A stretch of 64,000 nt of DNA, from assembly GCA_030704615.1 (NCBI GenBank), contig CM060733.1, positions 75,640,001-75,704,000 of the forward strand, read 5' to 3'. Below, one piece after another: positions 28,880-47,760 of the stretch. Under the pieces are notes generated by a model that was given only the letters and a program-made list of their open reading frames with translations, was not told where the DNA came from and did not search any database. The translations under genes were made by a program, and so were the position numbers. Positions within the stretch are counted from its first letter, which is position 1. Each line of letters opens with the position of its first letter. This stretch comes from Takakia lepidozioides. Lineage: Eukaryota > Plantae > Bryophyta.

Positions 28880-29360
28880 GGCCAGTCCTTGATCGGCAAG
28901 ACGCTGAAGGAGGGTCATTCGTGTGGCCGGACCAGCTCGATCTGCAAGGTGAAGGCGAATCCATAATCTTCTGCCCAGATCTATAAGTCGATGGGCATTC
29001 ACAGGGCCACACTTCTATGGGCAAGACGATGAAGGTAAATCATTGCTAGACTAGCTCGATCTGCAAGGTCAAGGTGAATCAATAATCTAAATCCTACAAG
29101 ATGGATCATTGTCAGGGCCACACTTCTATGGGCAAGACGATGGGCAAAAGGATGAAGAAGGTGGATCATCGGTGTGGCAAGACCAGCTCGATTTTGCAAG
29201 GTTAAAAGTGAATCAATATTATGCCCAGATCTCGATCTGCAAGATGGATCACTGTAGGGGTTTATGGGCAAGACAAGACGATGAAGGTGGATCATTGGTG
29301 TGGCTAAGCAAGCTCATCTGCAAGGTGAACCTCGTGAATCTATAATTTACCCATACGTCT
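28880..29360 (+). repeat. Degenerate tandem repeat, about 4 units of 120-135 bp
   Basis: Recurring motifs GCTCGATCTGCAAGGT, GGGCAAGACGATG and GAAGGTGGATCAT. Confidence 0.7.
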
Positions 29361-29757
29361 ATGTGCAACATGAAGGTGGATCAATCTCATGTTCCTGGAC
29401 AGGTTGATGAGACCATTGTCGTGCTAGGTGCAGACGGAGGTTGTGGAATGGAGTGGCACGTACCCCCATCAGACACCATCTTGTATCGCGCTGTGGGAAT
29501 ATGTTGCAGACATATTTACTAAATCTCTTACCAAGTTCAAGCATGAATATTGTGCTCTTTGACTTGGTCTTATTGCTACTTGTTCTCTACAGTTGAAGCT
29601 GCTCTATATTGGTTTTTTTTACAGCTGATCAACCAAGATTTGTTTTTGTTTCAAGACTGGCCACCTTGTGCGAAGTGCTAGCTTTAGGTTACATAGTAGA
29701 AACTAGAGGGTAGCATTCAGCTTAACTCTAGAACATGACTCACTATCTAAGTGGGAG

Positions 29758-29884
29758 TGTTAAGGGTATGTAAATTAGTAAGTCAAGTAGTAAGTAACCT
29801 TTCATATCTCATAGACTAGAGACACTTCTGAGGAGATGTAAAGTTACATTCAAAGACTTTAATACAACGCTTCTATTCTGTCTC

Positions 29885-29923
<39 letters not shown>

Positions 29924-29965
29924 ATGCTTTACACACTAAGTCTATAGAATGATTAGATTCTAACA
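29758..29965 (+). mobile_element. Putative short Copia-type 3' LTR preceded by a polypurine tract; contains a (CT)n run
   Basis: AAGTGGGAG is followed by TGTTAAG...CTAACA termini. Confidence 0.45.
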
Positions 29966-30348
29966 AAGTTGAAGCTCAGTTGAGATGAACAAGAAGTTGA
30001 ATCCAAGCTTCAACCCCTCAGCCACAGCGGGATCTGGGTCCATACAGTTAACCACCCCCCAAAATTCAGATCTCATTAAACGCGTTTCCATTCTAATGGA
30101 CCAAATGGATATAATTAGTGTAACTACTCAAGTGATCAATTTGATACGCCCTTGTTGTAGGAAAAGAGGGTATAGCAGCTATGGACAATTAAATGTGTTG
30201 TTGGACCAGACCTAGCCAATGGCAGAACATTGGCTCTTGCCCTTCTAATCATTAGCAGCGAATTCCATATAAATTGAGTATATCATGGTCCGAGGTCGCG
30301 AGATGTGACCTCTGGTGACCATTTAAGATAAACAATCTCGTAGGTCAT

Positions 30349-31740
30349 CCTCTGATACCATGCTAATTATGTCGACAATCAAGTTGTAGCCCAACTCTGG
30401 TAATGGGCACATACCACCTCGGAAGTGGTTGTGGATTCAATCCACCGATTGGTGTCACAAAGGGGTCCACCTTCCTACAGGAAGGCAGTAGCCCTTCAGG
30501 GTGAAGAGACACCATAAGATACGCTTTCTTAAGGAGGCATCATACTTTACTTTACTTTAATTATGTCATAGGCTCATTGAAACAGTGCAGAAAGAGAGAG
30601 TAAATTCTTTACATGTTGATATATGGAAAAATGAGATAGTGAAAGAACATTAAAGGCACAATAGTGATTCGTTATAACCCTAACCTAGACACAACCGTCT
30701 AACTACCACCAATTGAATACATTGTCTAGAATATCATGAACAGGTACAATGTTTGGTGATGATGAATGAGGTTTGTTAGAGGATGTTGATGAAATCTCTC
30801 CAACACTCCCTCTTCAGCAGCATCCGAAGATTTGTTGTTACTGACCCTCATTCGACATGTTCTTCAAGACTCCCCCTTCAGCAAGAATCTAATAACTTAA
30901 ATGATGCTGAGGATAATCCAAGGGCGTGTACGCATCATAGATGTTTGTCCTTGGGGAAGAGGTTTAGTGATGATATCAACGCCCATTAGATCAGTAGGGG
31001 TATAAATGAGTTGAATGACTTTAGCCTCAACTTTCTCGCGTAGGAAATCATGATAACATAGCTCTATGTGCTTAGAGCGATCATGAAATCTAGGATTTTT
31101 GGTAGCAACACCAGACGGTGGAAACCCAACTTCTTGAAGAAATTGGCGAAGCCAAAGTAACTCCTCAGCTGCTGATGCTGCAACAATATATTCGGATTCA
31201 GTAGAAGATAACGCGACAGTATGTTGCTTGCAGCTTTGCCAAGAGACAAGGCAGCCGTCTAGCAAAACTACATAACCAGAGGTGGAACGTCAGGTATTAC
31301 GATCATCAGCCGAGTCACAGTCTGTCCAACCTTGCAAGAAAGATGGAGATGTTAGAGTGGAGGATACTCCACCATATTTGAGGCCCATTGTGGCATAACT
31401 TGAAGATAGCGGAAGACACACTTATAAACAACCGCCCAATGAAGTTGGCATGGGGTTGGACATAAATTGAACCAGATGGCCAACACAGCTAGTATAGGCT
31501 AGATTAGGTTGAGTACAAGTTACAAGATACATCATATTGCCTATAGCTTGAGAATAAGGAACATGACATATTTTCTTGCTCCAAAAAGTGTGGTAGGTAG
31601 GCATCATGGCCTTAGATAGGTCATGAGCACCAGCTTGATGAGGAGTGCTAATGGGTCTACAATCGCTCATATTGAACTTCTTTAAGACGTCGAAGATGTA
31701 CTTAGCTTAAGACAATGAGAGCTCATGGGTAGCAGGATTC
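30349..31740 (-). mobile_element. Ty1/Copia remnant: degenerate RT/RNase H, PPT, about 445-bp LTR (30805-30361) and tRNA-iMet PBS
   Basis: Peptides PYSQAIGNMMYLVTCTQPNLAY, VSWQSCKQHTVALSSTESEY and FHDRSKHIE. The PPT GAAGAGGGAG precedes TGTTG; the LTR end AGCA is followed by the PBS TGGTATCAGAG. Confidence 0.85.
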
Positions 31741-31789
31741 GCCTAGGCAATAGGCAATAGTACCACAAATCCAGCTTCCATACTGATAA

Positions 31790-32145
31790 AGGGGTTCGAA
31801 CCATTGTTCCATTACAGTTGGTGCACTCTGACTTGTGTGGGCCTATGCAGATACCTCTATTGGAAGTGCCTGCTATTTCTTGATATTTGTGGATGATTAC
31901 TCCACATATACTATATGGTGTATTTTCTTAAAAAGAAATCTGAAGTCTTCTCCAAATTTCAAACATATAAGACCGTGGTGGAGAATCAAACTGGTCGATA
32001 TCTTAAAGTCCTTGGTGACGAGTATATCTCCACGGAATTCCACACGTTTTATGCAACACATGGGATCAAATGCCAGTTCGCTATTCCCTACAACCAAAGT
32101 CAGAATGGTGTATCGGAGCGTAAGAATCACACATCGGTCAATATA
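31790..32145 (+). mobile_element. Copia integrase (rve) fragment, frameshifted
   Basis: LVHSDL.GP, YFLIFVDDYS, FLKKKSEVFSKFQTYK.VENQTG, GDEYIS and PYNQSQNGVSERKN. Confidence 0.85.
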
Positions 32146-32940
32146 GAGTACGAACTAAAATAGAGAGGGGGACAGAGAAACAGAACGTAACTAACACAAG
32201 TGGGCTGAAAGCTCCCCACTTGAGACTTGTTTGTTGTTGATCATTTTGAATAAATCAAAGGCTGAAATGCCATGTATGTACTTATTCTGTCTCAAAGGAG
32301 ATGCAAAGCATACCTTTATCTTTAACTCAAGTGATAAAATGTACAGTTGAAAGACAAACAACTCACAAAAGTCCATCCTTTCTTACCCTAGACAAGCACT
32401 CAATGTAGAAGTACAATTCAACTCGCAAGAGTTTTCAAAAATAGAATACCACCACCAAAGGAATTAGAACACTGAAGTGAGAATACATAGGAAGATTGGC
32501 AACAAAAACATCTACAATTTTTTTTAAGATTCTTAAAAATCATCAGGTAGTCACGTATCGATGTTAGAGTATAGACACACCTCAAAGTGATGTAAGGTTA
32601 TCATCCCTGAGTCTTAGATTGAGAGCATCCTTCCAGTAGTGCACAGATGCACTTCATAACAATCTGCTTTCAGATGTTGCCTTTCCATAGTAGCATCTGA
32701 CACCAATTCAATGTATCTACTGCTATATTAGAACAGTACAGTGTAACAGTTAAAGTGGGAGTGACTGAGACATTGTCCAATATATCTGCCGTTCATTTAG
32801 ATAAATACCTCTGAAAAGTGGGAGCAGTAGGTGAATTAATGTCTTTTACTTGCCCAATATCTTTAGCCCAACAAGAGGTGGCTGTTTCCCTACCTGTAGA
32901 CATGATATAAACAATTTGTTTGGGCTATGAGAGAGAGACA

Positions 32941-33285
32941 TTGTACTCATAAGACGTTGTTTGCCGTAGCCTTGTGGCCATTGACCCCGCGCCCAGTTTG
33001 AGCGGGAACAAAAGGGACAGAACCTACCTCTGTGAGGGGCTGACGTTGGTAGTAAGACTTACCTTCATATATAGAATTAATCCGGGTTTTCCAGATATCC
33101 TCTAGAAATCCCTTCACACAAGCATCAATCTGCTGTGTGTGATTTGCCCAAAAACTAGGCCTCAGGAGGGCATGGGCTTTTGGCTCAGCCTCAAGACTTT
33201 CAAAATTGGTAAACAGGGGTACAGGCACAATTCCCTTGATAGATTTGAAGAGAGCGTCTCTTTGGTAAGAGAACCCCGGACAGGA
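32941..33285 (-). mobile_element. 3' end of the same LINE family (near-identical to 15300-15640)
   Basis: CPGFSYQRDALFKSIKGIVPVPLFTNFESLEAEPKA...GRGVNGHKATA, ending in CTTATGAGTACAATG followed by (TC)n. Confidence 0.85.
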
Positions 33286-34149
33286 AAAACTACAGGAAAT
33301 GTAGTTAGTAGATCTCGAGAGTAGAATATAGAATTTAACTGAATGTCCACAAGAGCATGTTACGCTGGAATTCCGCTTAACGGCGTTGCTGAGTTCGATG
33401 GAGGTTCCAGAACGATGGCCTGCCAAGAGGTGATGGAATGTGCGGAACATCGCAAATTATGGAGGCTGGTTTGAGAGCTCAGCCTATGAGCGCCATGTAG
33501 ACAGTTGGGTGCTATATGCAGGTGCTGGAAGCATGTATGGCGATGCACACACCTTCCGGGAAGAACTACCCATCGCAACAAGCTCTTGAGTCTGCGGATG
33601 ATCCGAAATTTTCTATTGAACCGAGCGGATCCATCCTCAGTTTGATGAAAATCAACAATGAAGAAGACTGGATGTAGACACCCTGTTACTGTAATTCATT
33701 GTTTCAAACATTCCTTGATTGCAAACAAAGTGTGCAGCACTTCGATTACTGTATGTTACTATAAACTTGTGTATTTGCACATGAGGGTATTCAAACCCAA
33801 AATGCACGATTCACCACAAGCGCCCTCATTCTCTGTAATCCATTATGTGCAACAGCACTTTTGAAATTTCGGCTATCAAAGTCCCATCACTTGTATATCT
33901 TTGAAGACTCTAATTCCATGACTGCTTGGGTGCCCATGGCTGTACTTCTACACAGGTATTATTAATCCTGCGGGTATGTGAGGACTTCAGATTTGTGTCA
34001 CAAGCAAGGCTTCTTCTTTTGAGAACCTGGGTACTAGTACTAGTACTAGGGTTTAGGGTACTAGTCAGGGTGTTTTTATTTTTGGGAATGATCAGCACAT
34101 AAGAAATTTGGGGAGGACATTATTCAGAAAGCATGTTATCTATCCTGGC

Positions 34150-34244
34150 TACTCTTCTCCTTTGAAGCTGCATCTACTGGAGTCTGAGGGTAAGATGCAA
34201 AAGAAATGAGGAGAGCAGTCTGTTCTTCAAAATGTGTACAATTC
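34150..34244 (+). repeat. 95-bp direct repeat, copy 2
   Basis: Matches 26893-26987. Confidence 0.85.
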
Positions 34245-35839
34245 CATCATGGCAAAAACAGCAGCCTGCACTAGCATAGGGACAGCGGAACTCTTGGAAG
34301 ATTTATAGATTTAATGTCAATCACACCTTTCCATTAATATTAAACTGCAGCAAGCTGTGTCTGAAAAAACTGCCTAACCAAAATGAACTCTTGCCAACAA
34401 CAAAAAGGCCAAGCTCATGCTCAGCTCATATTGCTAAGGTGGAAGTGAAAAGATTGGCAGGTATATCCCAATGCCATCTGTTTTTACTGTAGAAATAAGG
34501 ACAAAAACTTAACGAGTGAACCGTTCGTCTTGGTTGCCTATGCATTCTGCCATGCAGAACGACATTGCCAAACTGAAATGCAGCTGAAAATTTAGACGAA
34601 AGCCTGGGAATTTTGCTGACCAGGCACAGGCTCTTGTTTCTCTTTGCATATGAATCCGAAAACGAGATTGGACTTCTGATCTTCTACTGTTGACATGTTA
34701 TGCTGCATGACCCAGTTATAAGTTATAACCTAAAGAGAATAAGAGACTTTCCTTATTCACATCATTGATTGCATGACAGGCGCCATTGTCATTGTATTCC
34801 ATTTGGTGACGGGTAGGCTTTGTTACTTGGATGCCGTGCAGTAGAACAAGACAATGCTTGCAGCTCTGAATTGATTCCCCCTTCTTTCACAGTCCTATGC
34901 AAAGCCAAAACACATGCAGTGTGGATCTCCGTTCATGTGAGTATTGACACTGCCACAGCACCTGCACCATTAGGTCTGGGGGGAGGCTTCATCAGTCTTA
35001 AAATGTAGAAAGTACTACCAAGATCTAAAAAGCTGACGTAGACAAGAATTGGTGCAATGTTCTGGTCATGGAAAAATGTCCCTGTTTTTTCTTTTTCTGA
35101 AAGGGAAACACCGGCGAGCAGCAGCTCACAATTTGGGCCCCCTAAAGTGAGAAAAAAATATCCTCTTTCCAAGAAACCTCGCCATAAGGCATCGAGCACA
35201 AGACTAGTAAGAACACACACCAAGGGTGAAGGTTAAGACCCACCGTACTAGCCAGGATACAAACCCTGAATTGCGTGGGAGGCACTCAGTGCTCTACATG
35301 ACTGAGCTAACCACTGTTGTGGTTACATCCTTCCCTCTTTTTTGAAGCTGTGGGTAACTCCTCTCTCTGCCATCCTTTGGCAAAGAGAAGAGTTCCATAC
35401 TTCTTAATCCTGTTAAGATGGAACCTTGCTAGTAGCCAGGTCTTCTACTTAACAACGTGACAACAGTAGTATCCATAGAGATCATGTGAAAAGCACAAGC
35501 TCCAATCAGTTGCTATGGTGATGACATCCCTTTTTCGTTGATCCCGACTTGACCATTCCAATCTTTATGGTCCTGCTGGCGATCCCGATCTGCCTCAGGA
35601 CGGTGTTGATAATAACTATGATGTGAGGAAGAAGAATGATGATGGTTAGTGTCCCGCCCACAAGGTAGATATCTGCTATCCTTGAGCCCATCCTTGCAGC
35701 ACCCATACTCATCCCGACTCCCATAGTGCCTCTTCTGACCAACAGGACTCACACTCCACCTCCACATGTCCAGGTCTTCTACTTAACAATGTGATGACAA
35801 TAGTATCAATAGAGATCATGTGACAGGCTCAAGCTCCAA

Positions 35840-41684
<5,845 letters not shown>

Positions 41685-42131
41685 GGCTTTGCAACCTCCT
41701 ATTCAAACTCCTGACTTCAAATTCCGCTCACATACCACCTCACAATCCTTTCTGCTCCCGAGCTAGACATCTTCTGCCCCAAATCTCCTTCTCTCCTTCA
41801 CTAGCTCCACATCTACACCCAACCCACCTACGCTCTCCCAAACCCAACACCTCTATTTATCTCATGCAGACGCCAAATCGGTTGTCAGATGCAGGAGGCT
41901 GGGGAAGAAGAATCATCCCCCACCTCTCTTACTTCCCACAAGGGGAACCCCACAACCAAAAAACCCTCATCCTTGCGCCACACTACCCACCCACACCAGG
42001 GACTTTGCTGCCCCCGATAAGGTCTAGTAAAACCACTCCACCAATTACCTTTTACATTCCCCTCCTACCATTAAATCCGTGCAATAAATATATACAAAAT
42101 ACAAACCAGGGTAAAAAAAGTTTCTCTCCCG

Positions 42132-42134
<3 letters not shown>

Positions 42135-42175
<41 letters not shown>
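42135..42175. repeat. (CT)n microsatellite near the cyclin T 5' end
   Basis: Directly visible. Confidence 0.9.
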
Positions 42176-42178
<3 letters not shown>

Positions 42179-42428
42179 CGAGCGAGAGAGAACGAGAAGA
42201 GGAGAGGAGAGAGACACAGAGGTGTGTCCTTTGCAGAAGACGATGGAAAGAGGCTCAGAAATGAAAGCAGCAAGTGATGGTTCCCAGTTCCCACCTATGC
42301 GTGGTCCTTGAAGCTGGGTGATCCTTTCCCATCTATGCAGCAGCCGGCTGCTGCAATCGTTTCTTGCATCGGGGTTCCAAGTGCAGGGACCGAAAAATAT
42401 TTCTGCGTCTCTCTCACTCATAGGTGGA

Positions 42429-45400
42429 GATGGCAGCGTATTCTGGCGTTCTCTTGAGCGTTTATGCGAACTCCATACCCACGGCCTTGTCTTCTTATTT
42501 GGGTCGTGCGAGAGGTCTCACATCGTGGAGCAGATTAAGGGGCTGGTCCGTGGAGCTGAAAGCGGAATATTCCTTGGCAATGCGTCGAGGACCAGTCCCT
42601 TTCAAGTGGTGGCTATGGCGCTTCCCAAACCTTCAGGGATGCCACTGGAATTAGGTCATAACACGAAACACTTTGCGGTTTCGTCTCTTGGGGTCTCGTT
42701 GTGTTGTATGCACCGTAGGATGCAGGCTTCGAATTCTTAATCTGAGCGAAGAAACAAGAAGGCACACACGTTAGTCGGACAAGGTCTCTTATTGGTATAT
42801 CTGGTACGTAGGTCAACGCTGGAGCATGGAACAGCGCGGGCAGGATTTTTCTTAAATATGAATCACGAGGGTGGGACTGTAGCCTTGATAAGGTGAGCTT
42901 TCTTTCTGTACGATGTGGAGGAGTCTGAGGGAGTTTGACTGACTGGTATGATGATACCTTCTGGACTGGATTGTACTCTAGTTGTTGAGTGAGAGTTGCA
43001 AAAACTACTCGTACTTTCAGTATCGTTAGTATTTTGGGTTGTTCTTGCTAAGCTGAGCATGAAAGTAGGATGCGCAAGGTATTTTTCCTGCAGTTGCAAG
43101 GTACTTGCGAGGGTTGATAGTTGTGGCTTGGTTAAAGCTATGGGTGCCCTAAACCCTAAACCCTTGCTGTTCTCAGGTGGTTTTAACATATCAATGCAAA
43201 TTTTCAGACTACAGACACAAGCATGCACACAAGAGTTGAGGGTTGGTTCAATCCTCCTTGGGTGAAGACAGGGTAGCTCCTTTCATGACACAAGATCAGT
43301 GACAAAGTGGTGAGAGCACATTCTTCTTCAACACGTGTAGGGTTGTTGTGTCCTCGTATCAGATTCATCCCTAATTTCAGATGTTGAGTTTTGTAAGTTA
43401 GCTCATCGGGTGGATGTGTGATTGTTCGGTGTGTTTCTCACAGTTACTGCCAATGGGGTAGCAAGCAAGTATCCGAAAATAAAAACAGAGTTGATAAGAA
43501 GCTTTGGAAGGAAAGTTATTTTAACCTAGTCACCAGTGGGACAATCAAAGCAGAAAGGTGAATGCCTGCTATCTTCTAGAAAGAAGCAGACAACAAGAGG
43601 CATTAAAAAGCTTTCTTGCAATTTGTCATCCTCCCTCTGTCCTCTACATATTTTAACCTAGTCACCAGTGGGACAATCAAAGCAGAAAGGTGAATGCCTG
43701 CTATCTTCTAGAAAGAAGCAGACAACAAGAGGCATTAAAAAGCTTTCTTGCAATTTGTCATCCTCCCTCTGTCCTCTACACATTTTTAAAGGCTTCTAGG
43801 CAATTCAGCATAGCACTAGTATGTGGCAAGTAGAGTTGAGGTGCTTTCTAGATAATCTTAGGGCTAGGGTTTCAGCTGCTAGCTGCAAGGGGAGGATCTT
43901 TGCTTTATTGATGTCAAGGCATGGTTAGCTGAAAGAAAGCAGGGCTGGAGTGTGGGTCCAGATCCGTGCAAGAGGGCCGGACATCACAAGAATACATATG
44001 AGCCACTGTGGATTGATAGCTACAAGAAACCTGCATCCGTAGATGGTCAACTTGAAGCAGCAGCGGCAGCACAGTTGACAAATTCAGGCACCTCCACCGT
44101 GACCACCACTTCCAGAAGGACCAGCAGAGGGAGATCTCTACTGGCACTTCTGTGCATGTGACGACATTATGTGAGGCAGCACTACTGAAAAGGGCTCTGC
44201 AAGTTTTGAACCAAAGAGGCATTTCAGCAGATTCAGATACTTATGTCTGTCTCTCACACACAAGTGCATCGAGATGAAAGGCCTGGCAGCTGAAAAGCAG
44301 GTGCACGTCCACATTATTCAAAAAATGGATTCAGGCCAAACATGTTTCTACACAACACCCTTACCAAAATGTAGGTCGAATGTGGGAGCATCATGGATGC
44401 ACGCCAAGTGTCACAAGGTGGTTCTTGAGTCATATAAATGTATCCAGATCCATCTCATTTGCTTAGGTGGACTGATAGATATATTAGTGTGTGGTGGTGA
44501 TATATATGTAAACTTTTTTATAAATCTTGGCCTCTCTAGCCTAGCAAATGAAAGCCCACTTCGAGGTTTGTTTACACGGAATAAAATGATGGCAGGACTT
44601 ACTAAGCAGGGGAAACCATGGAAATCTATGACCAAATGATGTGGGAAGGGGTGAAGCCAGACCAGGTCACTTTACTTGTGCTTGCAATGCCTGTGCAAGC
44701 CTGGCAGCCCTAGAAAAGGGCAGAGAGGTCCATGCTGAGATCATGAAAGCTGGAATTGTACCAAATATCATTCTGAACACTACCCTCATGCACATGTATG
44801 CCAAATGAGGAAGCATCAAGGATGCAAAGGGAGTGTTTGAGAATATGGCTGAATGAAATGTGGTGTCCTGGATTGTGATGATCGGTGGATATGCCCAGCA
44901 TGCATGGGGGGTGGAGGCTTTGGAGACCTATGAACCAATGATACAGGAAGGGGTGAAGGTCACATTTGCTTGTGTTTGCAATGCCTGTGCAAACCTGACA
45001 GCCCTGGAAAAGGGCAAAGAGGTCCATGCTGACATCATGAAAGCCGGATTCCGAACTACACTCTCTTGGATATGTATGCCAAATGCAGGAGCATCAAGGA
45101 TGCGTGTTTGACAATATGGCAGAACGAAATGTGGTGTCATGGAGGGATGGCTGCAGGCCCAGCATGGTTGTCAGAGGGAGGCCATGCAACTATTTGAAAG
45201 AATGAAAAAGGAAGGCTTGCAGCCAAACAGTATCACGTTTTGTATGTGTTCTCCAAGCATGTAGCAATGGTAGCCTAGTAGATGAAGGCAGACACTACTT
45301 TAGTTCCCTGCATCGAGACCATGCCCTCAGTACTACTGGAGCACTTTGGCTGCATAGTGGACCTTTTTGGCCGTGCGGGGCAATTGGATGAGGCTGGGGA

Positions 45401-46010
45401 CTTCATTCATGAAATGCCAGTCCAAGCAGATGCTTTGGTGTGGAAAGCATTGCTTGGTGCCTGCAGAATTCATGGAAATGTGGAGGTGGCAGAACATGCT
45501 GCAAAATCTTTTCTTAGGTGGACTCTACAACTTATGTTTTGCTACCAAATTTCTACCCTCCAGCTGGCAGGTGGGAGGATACTGCAAAGGTGAGAAACAT
45601 GATGTAAGTCAGAGGTGTCAGAAAGCAACCTGGTTGCTCCTAGATTAGTTCAGGAAATTGGTGCAACCATTTGTGGTTGATGACAAATTGCATCCACAGA
45701 TTGAGAAAATCTATGATGAGCTTAGAAGATTCTCTGAGCAGATGAAAGAGGCAGGGTATGTGCCTGACACACGCATTGTATTGCATGATGTGGAGGAGAA
45801 GCAAAAGGACTTTTCTTTTTGCCACCACAGTGAGAAGCTGGCCATTGCTTTTGAACTGATCAGCACAGCCTGAGAGACACCTCTTCGTGTCATGAAGAAC
45901 CTCCGGGTGTGTGATGACTGCCACATGGCCACCAAATTCATCAAAGATCGTCGGGCGAGCAATTGTTGTACGGGGTGCGAATCACTTTCACCACTCTGAA
46001 GATGGGTTTT
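42429..46010 (+). pseudogene. Disabled paralog of the PDF-motif/PLS-DYW PPR gene (inverted copy of about 53.85-58.61 kb)
   Basis: Colinear homology to the leader, the PDF exons (QWDN..RK|, GPD..HKNTYEPLWID..PASVDGQL), the PPR repeats, E1/E2 and the DYW domain (HHSEKLAIAF, KNLRVCDDCH). It carries many stops and frameshifts, an insertion at about 44420-44545 and a 132-bp tandem duplication. Confidence 0.9.
43518..43781 (+). repeat. Near-perfect 132-bp tandem duplication inside the pseudogene
   Basis: ATTTTAACCTAGTCACCAGTGGGACAATCAAAGC... starts at both 43518 and 43650. Confidence 0.92.
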
Positions 46011-47029
46011 GGTAGTGATATTTTCTTGTCAGGTGTGAGTTTCTTGCCTGATGCATTCAAAGTATGCAGCTGGTTTGTTCACTCACCATTCCCTGGGAAT
46101 GTTGGTTATGGAATGTCTATGTAGATATGAATATGTTCCAAGGGAATTTTTCTGGTATGTATCTAACTGCGGCTCCATCTGCTACAAATGTGAGAAAAAG
46201 TTGAGAGTCTCATGCTTGGTCACTGATGCATTGAGGTTGGAAATTGGGTGCAGAAGTAGCAAAAAGAAAAACCTTTGGCACCTCAGCCATTGGTTTGATG
46301 TCATCAATAACCTTCAGTTGTGTCGTGTGGTTATTGATACACACCTCCAAGTTCATCTCAGAGATTGTTGGGTGAGCAATTGTAGTTGGGGATCCGTTTT
46401 CACCGCATGGAAGATGGATGACATAGCTAACCAATAAAACTAGTGAGAAAATATTGATGGACCAAATAAAAGCATTGGCCTTCACTGTTTTTTTAATATA
46501 AATATATTTGGGATAATCATATGGATGCTTGTGGGACAGTAGCGCTCCACCTTTTTAAAAAAGGATTAAAGGCAATGAGCAGGTAGTGAAGCAGTTTTTG
46601 GTAAAGCTTTTGTGGATCAAGTAATGTATTGTGGAAGAATTTTTGGAGGTTCAGGATGGAAGTGCACCATTTCTCCCAACTGCTGGACTATGTGACCTTC
46701 TTCTGCCAACAGAGATAACACTGTCGAACCTTCTGTGTAAGTCCAAGGTATGGGTATGGAACACCTTTTGTGGCCAAGCTTTTGCAAGGCCCACTCATCT
46801 TCAAGCTCATTCGTCACAAGCATTAGCATTTTGGAATCTGAAGCCGGTGGACTAGTTCTTTGGAGCCACTGTTATTGGTTATTTCATGCTACATGCCAGC
46901 TCTACTTGGACTTCACATTAAGTGAGGCCAAGATTTCATGGCTCGCATCAGTATCAGTCAATGATGAATGTCTATATATTCTTTATCAGTATATGAAGCA
47001 AGGTAGTTTGTTTGGTAGCGTTGAGATGT

Positions 47030-47760
47030 GCCAAACTGTGGCCCCAGCCCTGGTGCTTGGTACCCTTGGAAAGCCCTCGATGAGCAGGGGTGCATCGACT
47101 TGGTCTCATGATTTTTGGACATGCGGTGTGGGAGATGTGGAATTTTAAGTATTTTTGGTCGCTGGAAATTCGTGAAAATTAGCAAAGTGGGCTTTGCTGC
47201 AACAATGATTGGATGTAATAATATATGAAGCCTCGATAGGAGACGCACTTGGATATATAGGAGATTGCACTTGGACTTATATGACATTGGACACTTGGGC
47301 CAATGGCACAAGCTACCAACAAAGAATTTCAAGTACTTTTGGTCGCTGGAAATTCGTGGAAAATAGGAAAGTGGGCTTTCTTGGAACAATGATTGGCCCT
47401 TCATTTTTCTTTTGTGCACGTGGACGTAAATGTAAATTGGGATTTTTTTAAATATTGGCGTTCACAATATTGTTTGTAGTGTCGACTTGGTTTCACAAAT
47501 TTTGGACCTACGAGCCGAGACTTATGGAATTATAAACAATTTCGGTCGCTGAAAAATTCAACTAAATTACAAAATCAAGTGTTGGAAGGACACTGGAGGT
47601 TGCACTTGGGCTTAGATAGAGGCCACGATTTTGGTACCGTTGAGAAGCCCTCGATGAGTAGGGGTGCACCGACTTGGTTTCACCAAATTTGGACTAACGG
47701 ACCGAGAATTATAGAAATATGAACAATTTTAGTCGCTGAGAATTGCCTCTCATTTTTGAA
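47030..47760. repeat. Dispersed/subterminal-type repeats, probably the end of a transposon
   Basis: AAGCCCTCGATGAG.AGGGGTGCA.CGACTTGGT occurs at about 47070 and 47645. TTTTGGTCGCTGGAAATTCGTG occurs at about 47153 and 47337. Confidence 0.55.
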
